Shown here piece after piece: positions 18,538-28,116 of a DNA stretch of 64,000 nucleotides (position 1 is its first letter; each line of letters begins with the position of its first letter). The notes below the pieces were generated by a model. That model had not been told where the DNA came from. It was given only the letters and a program-made list of their open reading frames with translations, and did not search any database. The translations under genes and the position numbers were made by a program. The stretch is from a virus: the IMG/VR virus record IMGVR_UViG_3300036985_001643, positions 1 to 64,000 of that record, one strand, 5' to 3'.

Positions 18538-20301
18538 ATGCCTACAGGAATTAGTATATCTTCAGGTGGTTCAATAACTACCAATAATGCAGTATATGTT
18601 GCAGCTAATGGTGTAGATGCTACCGGAGCTAGAAACAATCTTGCTAAACCTTTTCTTACTTTAGAAGCAGCTAAAGCTGTAGCTGTATCAGGTGACACTA
18701 TCTATGTATATCCTGGTACTTATACTATCACAACTACAGAAACAAGTGGTGTTGCTAAATCAGGTGTAAACTATGTGTTTGCTCCAGGTTGTATTATTAA
18801 CAAATCTTCAGCAGGAGATATGTTTAATGACAATGGTTTTGCGTTACCTTGTAATGTATTTGGTTATGGATCAGCATTTTCTAAAACAGGTTCTGTAGGT
18901 GTTATCTACAAACAATATATAGCTAATGCTATTTTTGAAGCTACTACTGTAACTAATACTATCTCTCATTGTTTTGTAACATATAGAGGTGAAATACACT
19001 TTAAAGTAGATTATGCTACTTCTACAGCTGGTGTTGTATTAGGTATGGCTCAATCTAATAGTTATGCAACCAATAGAGTAAGAGTAGATATGGTTACTTG
19101 GAGATCTACAGCTGCTAATGTTATAGGTGGATTCTCTTGGTGGTATTATACAGATTTAATTGTTAATGGTTCAGTAATGGAATCTACAGCTGCAAATGCA
19201 GTGGATAGTACACAATTAGCTACTTGTGTATTTAATGTTGTAAAAATATTAGGTACTAGTTATGGAATTACAGCTAATGATTTTGGTGCTAATATAACTA
19301 TAAATTGTACTTACTGTACAGGTTTTTCAGGTGGAGGTCAAGTAAAATTAAATGGTCATTTACAAAATGTTAACTATGGTGGATCTTTCTATACTAGTCT
19401 TATAGGAGGTACTTGTTCAAATGTGACAATTTTAGGAGGTACAGTTGACACAACTGTTCAAAATTATAATAGTGGTGAAAATACTAATATAACTATATCA
19501 GGAGGTAGTGCAAATATTAAAATTGGTACTAGTCATTACGGTTTTGGTATAAGTTCAACAGGTGGTTTATTAAATCTTTATGGTACGCTTGTACAACAAC
19601 AACAATCAGCTACTAGAGAAAGAACTATTAATGGTGGTACAGTAAATGTATACGCTAACTTTACACATGGAGGTAATCCTGATGCTGCAAGATGGTATTT
19701 CTTTAGACTTCAATCTGGTACTTTAAGATTAAAAAGTGCTAACATGAGAAACAACTTTAATTTTACAACAGCTCACGGTATTGTGTGGACAGGTGGTACT
19801 TTAATAGTTGATGGTGTAAGTATGTACATTACTAATACTGGAGCATATCCTATTCAAGCATTAACAGCAGGTTTAAATTTAAAAGTTCTTTCAGGTGGTT
19901 TATCTACTAATCGTGTAGAAAGTGGTGGTGTATTAGCAGGTAAGAAAAGAAAAGATACACAAACTGTAGGATCTGTAATTACTACATCTATACAATTAAA
20001 CGATAATATAGCAGGTGGTTTTGAAACATTTACTGTTACAGATTTAGTTACTTATAATACAACAGCTAAAATAGCTCAACAAATGGTAGCTCTTATTAAC
20101 GCTTCTGCTACTTTAGATATAACAGCTAGTCAAGATATTCCAGGTACAGATACTTATTTCTATATAGAAGCAGACACAGTAGGAGTATCTTATACTCAAC
20201 AAAGTGTAGTTAATATTGCTACAACTGCTATTAGAGAAAGTGCTTACGCTATTACTAACATTACAGGTGGTACTATTATAGAAGATGCTGACGTAGAATA
20301 A
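18538..20301 (+). CDS. tailspike-like parallel beta-helix protein
   Basis: VYVAANG.D.....KPFLTL.AA...A.SGDTIYVYPGTY is a typical beta-helix N-cap, followed by G/N/T-rich strands. Confidence 0.65.
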   Translation: MPTGISISSGGSITTNNAVYVAANGVDATGARNNLAKPFLTLEAAKAVAVSGDTIYVYPGTYTITTTETSGVAKSGVNYVFAPGCIINKSSAGDMFNDNGFALPCNVFGYGSAFSKTGSVGVIYKQYIANAIFEATTVTNTISHCFVTYRGEIHFKVDYATSTAGVVLGMAQSNSYATNRVRVDMVTWRSTAANVIGGFSWWYYTDLIVNGSVMESTAANAVDSTQLATCVFNVVKILGTSYGITANDFGANITINCTYCTGFSGGGQVKLNGHLQNVNYGGSFYTSLIGGTCSNVTILGGTVDTTVQNYNSGENTNITISGGSANIKIGTSHYGFGISSTGGLLNLYGTLVQQQQSATRERTINGGTVNVYANFTHGGNPDAARWYFFRLQSGTLRLKSANMRNNFNFTTAHGIVWTGGTLIVDGVSMYITNTGAYPIQALTAGLNLKVLSGGLSTNRVESGGVLAGKKRKDTQTVGSVITTSIQLNDNIAGGFETFTVTDLVTYNTTAKIAQQMVALINASATLDITASQDIPGTDTYFYIEADTVGVSYTQQSVVNIATTAIRESAYAITNITGGTIIEDADVE

Positions 20302-20311
20302 AACAATAATC

Positions 20312-21814
20312 ATGGCTATAGAAATTATAAATAAAACAGGAGGAGCATTTCCTGTTACTAGACAAGTAGGAAGTTCTGCCGACCATGCAGGATTACCTAA
20401 CAATTGTTACTTTGAACAAATAGATTTAAACTATCTTGTAAGATATAAAGATGCTACAGGTGCTATTATTGATGCTTTTAGTGCAGCAGCAGGTGGTTTA
20501 ACATACTTCACAGAAGCTCAAAATAGTTCAGCACCAAATGCAACTGTAAAAGTTGATTCATTAACAGCTGTTTCAAGTACAGCAAATGCTGATATTTCAA
20601 TTGTGCCTAAAGGTACTGGAGCATTTCAATTAGCTGTTCCAGATAATACAACAACTGGTGGAAATAAAAGAGGCACTTATGCAGTAGATTTACAAATATC
20701 TAGGATTAGTAACTCTCAAGTATCAAGTGGCGTTTATTCTACTATTTTAGGTGGAAGAGATAATACTGCATCAGGTTCTTATTCAGTTTGTATAGGTGGA
20801 TATTCTAATTCATCTTCATCTTCTTATAGTTTATCAGGGGGACTTTATGCTCAATCTAGTGGAGTAGGATCTGTTGCATTTGGTTTAAGAACAAAAGCAA
20901 CAAATGATGGGGCTGTTTCTTTGGGTGGTAGTGCAAGTAGTGATAATACTGCTAGTGGTCAAAATTCTGTTGCAATAGGAATTAGTAATATATCAAATAA
21001 TTTAGCTTCAGTTGCATTAGGGAATTCTAATACAGCGAGTGGTTCTGGTTCAGTATCATTAGGAGTATCAAATACAGCAAGTGGTTTATATAGTGTGTCA
21101 ATTGGTTATGGAAATAACAATACTGGTACTTATGGTGCATTAGCTACTGGGTGGGTTAATACAATGTCTTCACAAGGTGGTTTTGTAGGTGGTTATAGTT
21201 GCAATCATTCTGGTAGTTATGGTCTTACAATGGGTTATGGTTCTTCTAATAGTGGTTCACAAACAATTGTTATTGGTCAAAGTATTACATCCACAACTGC
21301 ATATTCTTTAGTTGTGGGACAAAATCATAATGTAACTGGGGGAAATAATTCAGTTGTTGGTGCTGGTGGAGTTATTATAAATGGTTTTGGAAGGCAAGTA
21401 CAAGCTTTTTATAACACAGTTGTTGGAGATGCTCAAAATACAAAAATGGTTCTTACTAAAAGAACAACAGATGCCACATTAACCCCATTAACAGTTGGTG
21501 GTACAGCACCTTATTTTGGTCAAAATGAATTTTCATTACAAGATAATAGCTGTGTAAGATTCAGAGGAACAATAGTTGGAAAACAAACTGGAAGTGCTAA
21601 TATTGGAGTTTGGGATATAGATGGAGTTATATCTAAAGTTGGAACAATTACTATAAATGTAAATAATGTAACAGTTGTAACAAATACTTCGGCATGGGGT
21701 ACACCAACTTTAACTGTAAATGGTTTGCAAGGATTAAGAATAAATGTTTCAGGATTAGCAGGAACAAATATTCAATGGACTTGTTATATAGATGCAACTG
21801 AAGTAGTATATTAA
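20312..21814 (+). CDS. tail fibre/adhesin with YadA-head-like repeats
   Basis: Repeated ~14-aa NTASG..SVAIG units. The N-terminal ~57 aa are shared with 22721..24628. Confidence 0.7.
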   Translation: MAIEIINKTGGAFPVTRQVGSSADHAGLPNNCYFEQIDLNYLVRYKDATGAIIDAFSAAAGGLTYFTEAQNSSAPNATVKVDSLTAVSSTANADISIVPKGTGAFQLAVPDNTTTGGNKRGTYAVDLQISRISNSQVSSGVYSTILGGRDNTASGSYSVCIGGYSNSSSSSYSLSGGLYAQSSGVGSVAFGLRTKATNDGAVSLGGSASSDNTASGQNSVAIGISNISNNLASVALGNSNTASGSGSVSLGVSNTASGLYSVSIGYGNNNTGTYGALATGWVNTMSSQGGFVGGYSCNHSGSYGLTMGYGSSNSGSQTIVIGQSITSTTAYSLVVGQNHNVTGGNNSVVGAGGVIINGFGRQVQAFYNTVVGDAQNTKMVLTKRTTDATLTPLTVGGTAPYFGQNEFSLQDNSCVRFRGTIVGKQTGSANIGVWDIDGVISKVGTITINVNNVTVVTNTSAWGTPTLTVNGLQGLRINVSGLAGTNIQWTCYIDATEVVY

Positions 21815-21831
21815 TATTTAATAATATAAAA

Positions 21832-22179
21832 ATGAAAATACAAACATTAATACCAGTAACTTATAATTCTGGAATCGCAAGTCAAGAAACATCAATTGTA
21901 AATGGTGTTTTAAACATGGTAGGTCAAGATTATTATAGAGATATGTATAACTTCAACTTCGCTTACACAAATGCTGAAGGAGTAAATATAAACACGACAT
22001 CTTCTAGTTTTAGCTTAACAAAAGAACAAGTAGATGCTTTTTATGATGTAATTAAATTAGGAGTGCCAACAGATTTAGAATACTTTGAAACTACTCAATA
22101 TATTTACTATTTAGGTTTTAAAATTGAAATGGCTAACACTTTTGGAATTACACCTAACGACATCGAAATAATTTTATAA
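21832..22179 (+). CDS. small protein, possible fibre assembly chaperone
   Basis: Directly follows a fibre gene. Confidence 0.45.
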   Translation: MKIQTLIPVTYNSGIASQETSIVNGVLNMVGQDYYRDMYNFNFAYTNAEGVNINTTSSSFSLTKEQVDAFYDVIKLGVPTDLEYFETTQYIYYLGFKIEMANTFGITPNDIEIIL

Positions 22180-22188
22180 TTTAACAAA

Positions 22189-22377
22189 ATGGAGAAAGAA
22201 TTGACAGCAGTAGAACAAGCACAAGCTATACTACAACAAGAGAAAGAAGAACGTGTACATAAATGTATCGAAGAGTTAAAAGAGTTATTAAAAGCTAATA
22301 ACTGTGATTTAACTATTATACATTCAGTAAACGATCAGAATCAAATTTTAAGTAATATTCAATTAGTAGCTTTATAA
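22189..22377 (+). CDS. hypothetical coiled-coil protein
   Basis: 62-aa ORF with a TAATG overlap to the next gene. Confidence 0.6.
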   Translation: MEKELTAVEQAQAILQQEKEERVHKCIEELKELLKANNCDLTIIHSVNDQNQILSNIQLVAL

Positions 22378-22721
22378 TGGAATTACAAAATATAACAGTA
22401 GACTTCATTAAAAACGAAGTATTTACAATGTTCAACGAAGAGCATTACCAAGTAGACGTATTAGATAGTATCTTACCTATCAAGGAAGAGTTTGAATCTA
22501 CATACGGTATTACTTTTGAGAAAGTAGTAGTACAGTTAACAGAGGATCAACATCTATGTGAGGCACGTATATTGTGTCAGAACCCAGGTGATGATTTAGC
22601 ACCTATTACTTTAGCTAGTATTGCAACAGAACATCCTAGTTTAATGACAACTCTACACAACATGAGGTTGGCTATTGAAGTAAAAGTACAAGAACAAATT
22701 GATGCTAAAATACCTGCATAA
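22377..22721 (+). CDS. hypothetical protein
   Basis: 114-aa acidic ORF with 1-nt stop/start overlaps on both sides. Confidence 0.65.
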   Translation: MELQNITVDFIKNEVFTMFNEEHYQVDVLDSILPIKEEFESTYGITFEKVVVQLTEDQHLCEARILCQNPGDDLAPITLASIATEHPSLMTTLHNMRLAIEVKVQEQIDAKIPA

Positions 22722-24628
22722 TGGCAATAAGATCGGTAAATATATCAGGAGGTAATGGTTTTCCTGTAAAGTTTGAGATAGACACTGACGCAGATCATAG
22801 TGGTTTACCTAATAGTGTATTCTTCAAACAAGCAGATAAAGACTTTGTAGTTAGATACAAAGATGCTTTAGGTAATATAGTAGACGCATTCTTATCTCCA
22901 GGTAGTGGTGCAGGTCCTACTGTAGTAGCTAACTATTCAGCGTTACCTGCAGCTGCTGCAGCTATAGGATTATTTTATTGGGCTAGTAGTTCTCAAGGAA
23001 CAAAATGGTTACCTGGTTCAGTAGGAGGAACTTATTATCCTAATGGATTATACTACTCAAATGGAACTAGTTGGGAATATTTTGAAAGTCCTTACCAAGC
23101 TACACAGTCTGAAGTAAATACAGGAACAAATACTGATAAATTCGTTACTCCTTCTACTCTTTCTAATTCTACTCAATGGGCAACTAAATTAGATGCTAAT
23201 AGTTCAATCAATGCTTTAAACGATGTAACTGTTTCAAGTCCTACTAATGGTCAATTATTGCAATACAACTTTACTACTTCACAGTGGGAAAACCAAAGTA
23301 TTACAATAGGAACAGGTGATATGCAGAAAACAACTTATGACACAGATAATGATGGAATAGTTGATTACTCTGAAACTGTGCCAGTATTAGTAAGAAATAA
23401 TAGTTCAGTTGATACATTAAGAAGAGGAACAATTGTTTATTTAAGTGGTTCAACTGGTTATAGACCAAATGCTGTAAAGGCTCAAGCAAATGCAGAAAGT
23501 ACATCTAGTGGAACTTTTGGAAGTATTATTTCAGATATTGCTCCAAATTCTGATGGTTTAGTTTGTGCGATGGGAACTCTTCATAATTTAGATACAAGAA
23601 GTGGTGCACCTTTTCCATTTACTGCTGATACTTTAGTTGATGGAGATGCTTTATGGTTAGATCCTAATAATGCTGGTTATGTAACTAAAACAAAACCACA
23701 AGCTCCAAATCATATAGTTTTTATTGGAATAGTTGCTAGAACACACCCTAGTTTGGGTCGTGTTGTTTACCGTATTTCAAATGGTTTTGAATTAGATGAA
23801 TTACATAATGTTAAAATTGATAGTGGAACATTAGCAAATAATGACATCATTCAATATAATAGTTCAACTTCTTTATGGGAAAATAAACAACCTATAACAT
23901 TTTTAAATCCTATTGAAACTTATAGAGGTATTTCATTTAATAATAATAGTACAACTGTTGTTTCTGAAGGTGGAATAACAATGTCTAGTTCAGCTTCGAC
24001 AACTGCTCAATCGGTTGCTTCTACTAATTTTGCTACAAAACAAATAAGATTAAGATATAGTGCAACAGTTGTTTCTGGTGGTCGATATACTGGAACTCGT
24101 GGAAGTGCATTACTTTGGTACATTCATGGTGGGTTTAGATATGTTTGTGATTTTAATATTTCAGATACTGCATATTCTGCTGGTTGCCAACAATTTTATG
24201 GGCTAGCTTCACAAACTACTGACTTAGCTTATGGTGGTGTTGGTGGTACTTTAGTAAGTACTTTAACTAATATTATAGGAGTAGGTTCTGAAAATGGAGA
24301 TACTAATTTACAAGTTTTTCATAATGATGCAACAGGTACAGCAACTAAAGTAGATTTAGGAGTTAATTTTCCAGCTAATAGAACGGTAGGAGCAATTTCA
24401 ACAACTGTATATTCAATTGAATTATACAATGAACCTAGTTCTACAAATGTAAAATACAAGGTTACAAATAGCGAAACTGGAGCAATTGCAAACGGTACAA
24501 TTTCAACAAACTTACCTTTAAGCTCTCAAGGTTTAAACTTTTTTGCTAGTAGGTGTATGTCAGTAACTTCAGTAACTAGTACTGGTCAATTTGACTTAAT
24601 GAAATTAGGCGTTTATTCTCAATTATAA
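22721..24628 (+). CDS. tail fibre protein
   Basis: Shared N-terminal anchor, an ATQSEVNTGT..K.VTP motif, two L..L.DV....NGQ.LQYN..TS.WEN fibre repeats, and a C-terminal beta-sandwich-like domain. Confidence 0.7.
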   Translation: MAIRSVNISGGNGFPVKFEIDTDADHSGLPNSVFFKQADKDFVVRYKDALGNIVDAFLSPGSGAGPTVVANYSALPAAAAAIGLFYWASSSQGTKWLPGSVGGTYYPNGLYYSNGTSWEYFESPYQATQSEVNTGTNTDKFVTPSTLSNSTQWATKLDANSSINALNDVTVSSPTNGQLLQYNFTTSQWENQSITIGTGDMQKTTYDTDNDGIVDYSETVPVLVRNNSSVDTLRRGTIVYLSGSTGYRPNAVKAQANAESTSSGTFGSIISDIAPNSDGLVCAMGTLHNLDTRSGAPFPFTADTLVDGDALWLDPNNAGYVTKTKPQAPNHIVFIGIVARTHPSLGRVVYRISNGFELDELHNVKIDSGTLANNDIIQYNSSTSLWENKQPITFLNPIETYRGISFNNNSTTVVSEGGITMSSSASTTAQSVASTNFATKQIRLRYSATVVSGGRYTGTRGSALLWYIHGGFRYVCDFNISDTAYSAGCQQFYGLASQTTDLAYGGVGGTLVSTLTNIIGVGSENGDTNLQVFHNDATGTATKVDLGVNFPANRTVGAISTTVYSIELYNEPSSTNVKYKVTNSETGAIANGTISTNLPLSSQGLNFFASRCMSVTSVTSTGQFDLMKLGVYSQL

Positions 24629-24631
24629 AAT

Positions 24632-24862
24632 ATGCAACAATTTATATTAACAGCAGAAACAATTACTTTAGACGATGGTAATTATAACATAATGCTACAC
24701 CCAAATGAAGCTATACATAATTACACACACACTTATAAATTTGTAGAAAGTGGAAGTTTAAATCAAGCATTAATTGATAATTTCATTATTGAACAAACTC
24801 CTTTATTATTTAATACTTTACAAACTTATTATCCTGCTATTGCAGCTAATTATTATTTATAG
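24632..24862 (+). CDS. small protein, possible fibre chaperone
   Basis: Directly follows a fibre gene. Confidence 0.45.
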   Translation: MQQFILTAETITLDDGNYNIMLHPNEAIHNYTHTYKFVESGSLNQALIDNFIIEQTPLLFNTLQTYYPAIAANYYL

Positions 24863-24897
24863 TATTAAAATAAAAATTAATTATTAAATTTACAGTT

Positions 24898-25140
24898 ATG
24901 AATATTAAAGAAAGATTTTTAGGAAAAACTCCAAAGTTTTGGAAAAAAGTACAACGCATAGGAGTAGTAGCGTTAGGAATATCAGGTGTTATTATGGCAT
25001 CTCCTATTGCATTACCTGCTGCAGCTATTACAGCTGCTGGATACTTAGCTACTGTAGGAGGTACTATTACAGCATTAAGTCAATTAACTGTAGAAGATTC
25101 TACTGCTACTACTACTAAAACTAAAAGAACTAGAAAATGA
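24898..25140 (+). CDS. holin-like membrane protein
   Basis: KTPKFWKK followed by two hydrophobic segments and a basic tail; lies next to the peptidases. Confidence 0.6.
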   Translation: MNIKERFLGKTPKFWKKVQRIGVVALGISGVIMASPIALPAAAITAAGYLATVGGTITALSQLTVEDSTATTTKTKRTRK

Positions 25141-25631
25141 ATCCAACTAACTTAAAAACAGGTGATGTATTACACTGTAGAGGTAAAAGATTATTAAGTA
25201 ACCTAATTGCAGGTGCTACTAAATCTAAGTTTTCTCACACTGCTTTGTTTGTAGAAATATGGGGACAACCTTATGTTATCGATGCACAAAAAGATGGAGT
25301 TAACGTAAGACCTTGGGATGCTTGGATGAAAGAGTACGACTATACTATTACAGCAATGAGATCTCCTAATAAATTACAAGAGAAATCTTTTGCTGCAAGA
25401 GCTTTAACTAAAGTAGGTCATACAGGATACGACTTTGAAAGTTTATTCTTACGTCAACCTAGTAAGTTACTTACAGGTAAATGGAAGGTTAAAGGTAACG
25501 AAGACGAGCGTATGTATTGTAGTGAATACGTAGCTTGGGTATACGGTGTAGAAAAAAGTTACAGAATGTCACCAGAAGACTTTTACAATTGGTGTATTAT
25601 TAATAACTTTACAGAAATTAAACTATCATGA
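25137..25631 (+). CDS. permuted papain-like (YiiX/YaeF-type NlpC/P60) enzyme
   Basis: LKTGDVL, FSHTAL (His), GYDF and MYCSEYV (Cys), in the permuted His-before-Cys order. Confidence 0.85.
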   Translation: MNPTNLKTGDVLHCRGKRLLSNLIAGATKSKFSHTALFVEIWGQPYVIDAQKDGVNVRPWDAWMKEYDYTITAMRSPNKLQEKSFAARALTKVGHTGYDFESLFLRQPSKLLTGKWKVKGNEDERMYCSEYVAWVYGVEKSYRMSPEDFYNWCIINNFTEIKLS

Positions 25632-26086
25632 AGTTAAGCGAACATGTAACATTAAAGGAGTTTTGTGATTCTAACACAGCAACTGCTAGAGGGATAAATA
25701 ATACTATTACTAATCCTGTACATTTAGAGAATGCTAAAAAGTGGGCTATTAATGTGTTTGAACCATTAAGAGCTCATGTAGGTCACGCTATTAGGATTAA
25801 CTCAGGTTATAGAAGTGCTGCTTTAAACAAAGCTATTCCTGGCTCTTCTACTACTTCTCAACATTGCTTCGGTGAAGCAGGGGATTTAGATTTACATGAT
25901 AGAGATCTTTTTGAGTGGATTATAGACAATATTACTTTCGATCAAATGATTTTTGAAGGAGGTACAGAAGATAAAGCTAATTGGTTCCACATCTCGTATA
26001 GAGAAGGTAGAAACCGTAAAGAAGTATTACGTATGGTAAAAAAAGGTGGTAAATCTACTTACCTTCCTTACAAACGTAAAAGTTAA
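25628..26086 (+). CDS. endolysin, peptidase M15 family
   Basis: INSGYRS..LN..I.GS..SQH..GEAGD and WFHISY Zn-binding motifs. Confidence 0.88.
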   Translation: MKLSEHVTLKEFCDSNTATARGINNTITNPVHLENAKKWAINVFEPLRAHVGHAIRINSGYRSAALNKAIPGSSTTSQHCFGEAGDLDLHDRDLFEWIIDNITFDQMIFEGGTEDKANWFHISYREGRNRKEVLRMVKKGGKSTYLPYKRKS

Positions 26087-26122
26087 TCCTCATAATCCTT
26101 TAATACATAAACCCTCTGCAAC

Positions 26123-26440
26123 ATGAACAATCCTATAGAAGATTTAGTAAAATACATTATTGGTCTAGCAATAGTAATTATCGGTTACTTTTTAAAAGAC
26201 ATAATGGCTAAATTTAAGAAATTAGAAGAAACTACTACGAAAGATAAAGAGTCTATCTTATTACTTAAATCTAAAGTACATCAACTAGAAGAGAATCATG
26301 AGAGTGGTTTTATACAGTTAGAGAAGTTATTTGAAGAAAAGTTTAAACGTTTTGAAGAAAAGTTTACACACATGGAAGGAACTTTAAAAAACTTTAACGA
26401 GTATATTAAGCTTCTTACAGAAGAAATTAAAAAAAAATAA
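26123..26440 (+). CDS. membrane-anchored coiled-coil protein (lysis accessory)
   Basis: N-terminal TM segment (YIIGLAIVIIGYFL) followed by a coiled coil. Confidence 0.55.
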   Translation: MNNPIEDLVKYIIGLAIVIIGYFLKDIMAKFKKLEETTTKDKESILLLKSKVHQLEENHESGFIQLEKLFEEKFKRFEEKFTHMEGTLKNFNEYIKLLTEEIKKK

Positions 26441-26470
26441 TCTAATTATTTAACTATAAAATTAGTAGCA

Positions 26471-26605
26471 ATGGCAAAAGCGACTACAGGTAGTGTTAAA
26501 GAAACTATTAAAGTTTCAAGACCAGGAATCCACAGCAAGACCAAAGTGTCTAAGTCTAAGGGTTCTAAGCTTTATGCAAAAAAGTATAAAGGACAAGGAA
26601 GATAA
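26471..26605 (+). CDS. 44-aa highly basic protein (absent from the ORF track)
   Basis: Manual translation gives MAKATTGSVKETIKVSRPGIHSKTKVSKSKGSKLYAKKYKGQGR*, which fills the intergenic gap. Confidence 0.7.
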   Translation: MAKATTGSVKETIKVSRPGIHSKTKVSKSKGSKLYAKKYKGQGR

Positions 26606-26616
26606 AAAAATAATTG

Positions 26617-26624
26617 TATATTTG
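26617..26624 (+). promoter_or_regulatory. TAnnTTTG -7 element
   Basis: TATATTTG lies 5 nt before the ATG at 26630, implying a near-leaderless transcript if used. Confidence 0.5.
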
Positions 26625-26629
26625 TTATT

Positions 26630-27331
26630 ATGTTATCATTAGAAGATTATCACGCACAGATTGATGAGCTATTAGCTATCAACTCTATAGAGTCGAGTTA
26701 CTCTTACGAGATGTATACAGATTTAATCAACGAGCAAAGAGCCTTGTGGATAAGAAACGAGTATAACAAAAATAGATCAATAGATCCTTATATTCTACAA
26801 GACTTAAATTGTCTAGAGTTAGAACTAGTTAATCCTATTGATTGTTGTATCGATGTACCTGCAGGTTGTAAGGTATTAAGAACTAAAAAGAAAATACCTA
26901 ATACTATAGAGTTTTACTTTACTAAAGGTTTAAGCACTGTAGGACCAGCAGATATAATGAAACCTAGATTCGTTCTTATAGACTATTCTAGAGTACCTTA
27001 TATAGGACACGGAAGAACCACAAGTAAATCTATTTATGCTTTCTTATACGGAGGTTATTTATATCTTACTAGTAGAAATCTTAGTTACACATTAATTAAC
27101 TATATTACAGCAAGAGGTATTTTTGAAGATCCTACTGCTTTAGCAGATTATACTAACTGTAGTACTTCAGCAGCTTGTTGGTCACCTAGTGATCCTTATC
27201 CTATGAATCAATGGATGTGGGCATATGTTAAACAACAAGTGTTACAACAATTGATGCAGAAAGGACAGTTTAATACGGATGATAATAACAATGCTGATGA
27301 TCAAAGAGTAGAGAATAATAATTCTAAGTAA
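26630..27331 (+). CDS. tail ring (tubular) protein
   Basis: I...RA..I, Q.L.CLEL..V, GIFEDP and D.YP motifs resemble crAss ring proteins; synteny agrees. Confidence 0.65.
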   Translation: MLSLEDYHAQIDELLAINSIESSYSYEMYTDLINEQRALWIRNEYNKNRSIDPYILQDLNCLELELVNPIDCCIDVPAGCKVLRTKKKIPNTIEFYFTKGLSTVGPADIMKPRFVLIDYSRVPYIGHGRTTSKSIYAFLYGGYLYLTSRNLSYTLINYITARGIFEDPTALADYTNCSTSAACWSPSDPYPMNQWMWAYVKQQVLQQLMQKGQFNTDDNNNADDQRVENNNSK

Positions 27332-27335
27332 CTAT

Positions 27336-27848
27336 ATGAGGCAACCACAAGTAACAGCTAATATTAAGAAAAAAGATTTCAGAGATTTCTACATGAAGAA
27401 TCATAAAGAAAAATCTTTAACAACTTCTCAGTATAATGCTTTTTTATCAGACTTGTTAAAACGATTAGCAACGGCTATTGTAGAAGAAGGAATAGAAGTT
27501 AAAATAGCTAGAGTAGGGAAAATCAGAGTAAAGACTGAGAAAATGCCAATACTAAACAAAGAGTCTAAGTTTAATAAACTTAGTCCTGATTGGCAAGCTA
27601 CTAAAGCTTATTGGGCAGTTAAGTATCCTGGTTTAACACCAGAGGAACTAAAAGCTATTCCTAATAAAACTTTAATATATCACGAAAACAATCACACTGA
27701 TGGTGAACATTATCGCCATTATTGGGACAAGACAACAAGTATACTAATGAGAGTACACTTGTATAAATTTAAAGCAGCTAGACAGTTCTCAAGACTAATA
27801 GCTAAAACAGTTAAAGATCCAAACCGAAAAGTATTTTATTATGGATAA
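27336..27848 (+). CDS. IHF-like protein of the crAss tail module
   Basis: AIVEEGIEVKIARVGKIRV, DW..T..YW and N.HTDG..Y..YW motifs; lies between ring genes. Confidence 0.6.
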   Translation: MRQPQVTANIKKKDFRDFYMKNHKEKSLTTSQYNAFLSDLLKRLATAIVEEGIEVKIARVGKIRVKTEKMPILNKESKFNKLSPDWQATKAYWAVKYPGLTPEELKAIPNKTLIYHENNHTDGEHYRHYWDKTTSILMRVHLYKFKAARQFSRLIAKTVKDPNRKVFYYG

Positions 27849-28116
27849 TGAATTAGTACAAAACGAAAAATCTTCTACAGGTGTAGAATCAGTAGTAAAG
27901 ATAACTCGTAAAGAGTTTGAAGACGGTGGTTACGAAGAGACTAGAATAGAAGAAGTTGAAGGAGGTTTTATTACAACTGTGTGTACTCGTAAAAAAGTAA
28001 ATGGAGAGTGGGAGTATAAAGACGAGAAGTCTGTAAGCACTACTGATCCTACACAAGACAAATCTTCTGAAGGTATAGCAAACAGATTAGAATCAATCCT
28101 TAAAGGCTTAGTATAA
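27841..28116 (+). CDS. hypothetical acidic protein
   Basis: 91-aa ORF overlapping both neighbours. Confidence 0.6.
   Translation: MDNELVQNEKSSTGVESVVKITRKEFEDGGYEETRIEEVEGGFITTVCTRKKVNGEWEYKDEKSVSTTDPTQDKSSEGIANRLESILKGLV

Noticed and set aside
14163-24862. Diversity-generating retroelement or invertible fibre cassette
   Set aside because: I saw no reverse transcriptase, recombinase, near-identical TR/VR pair or inverted gene segments. The shared fibre N-termini are diverged at many non-adenine positions.
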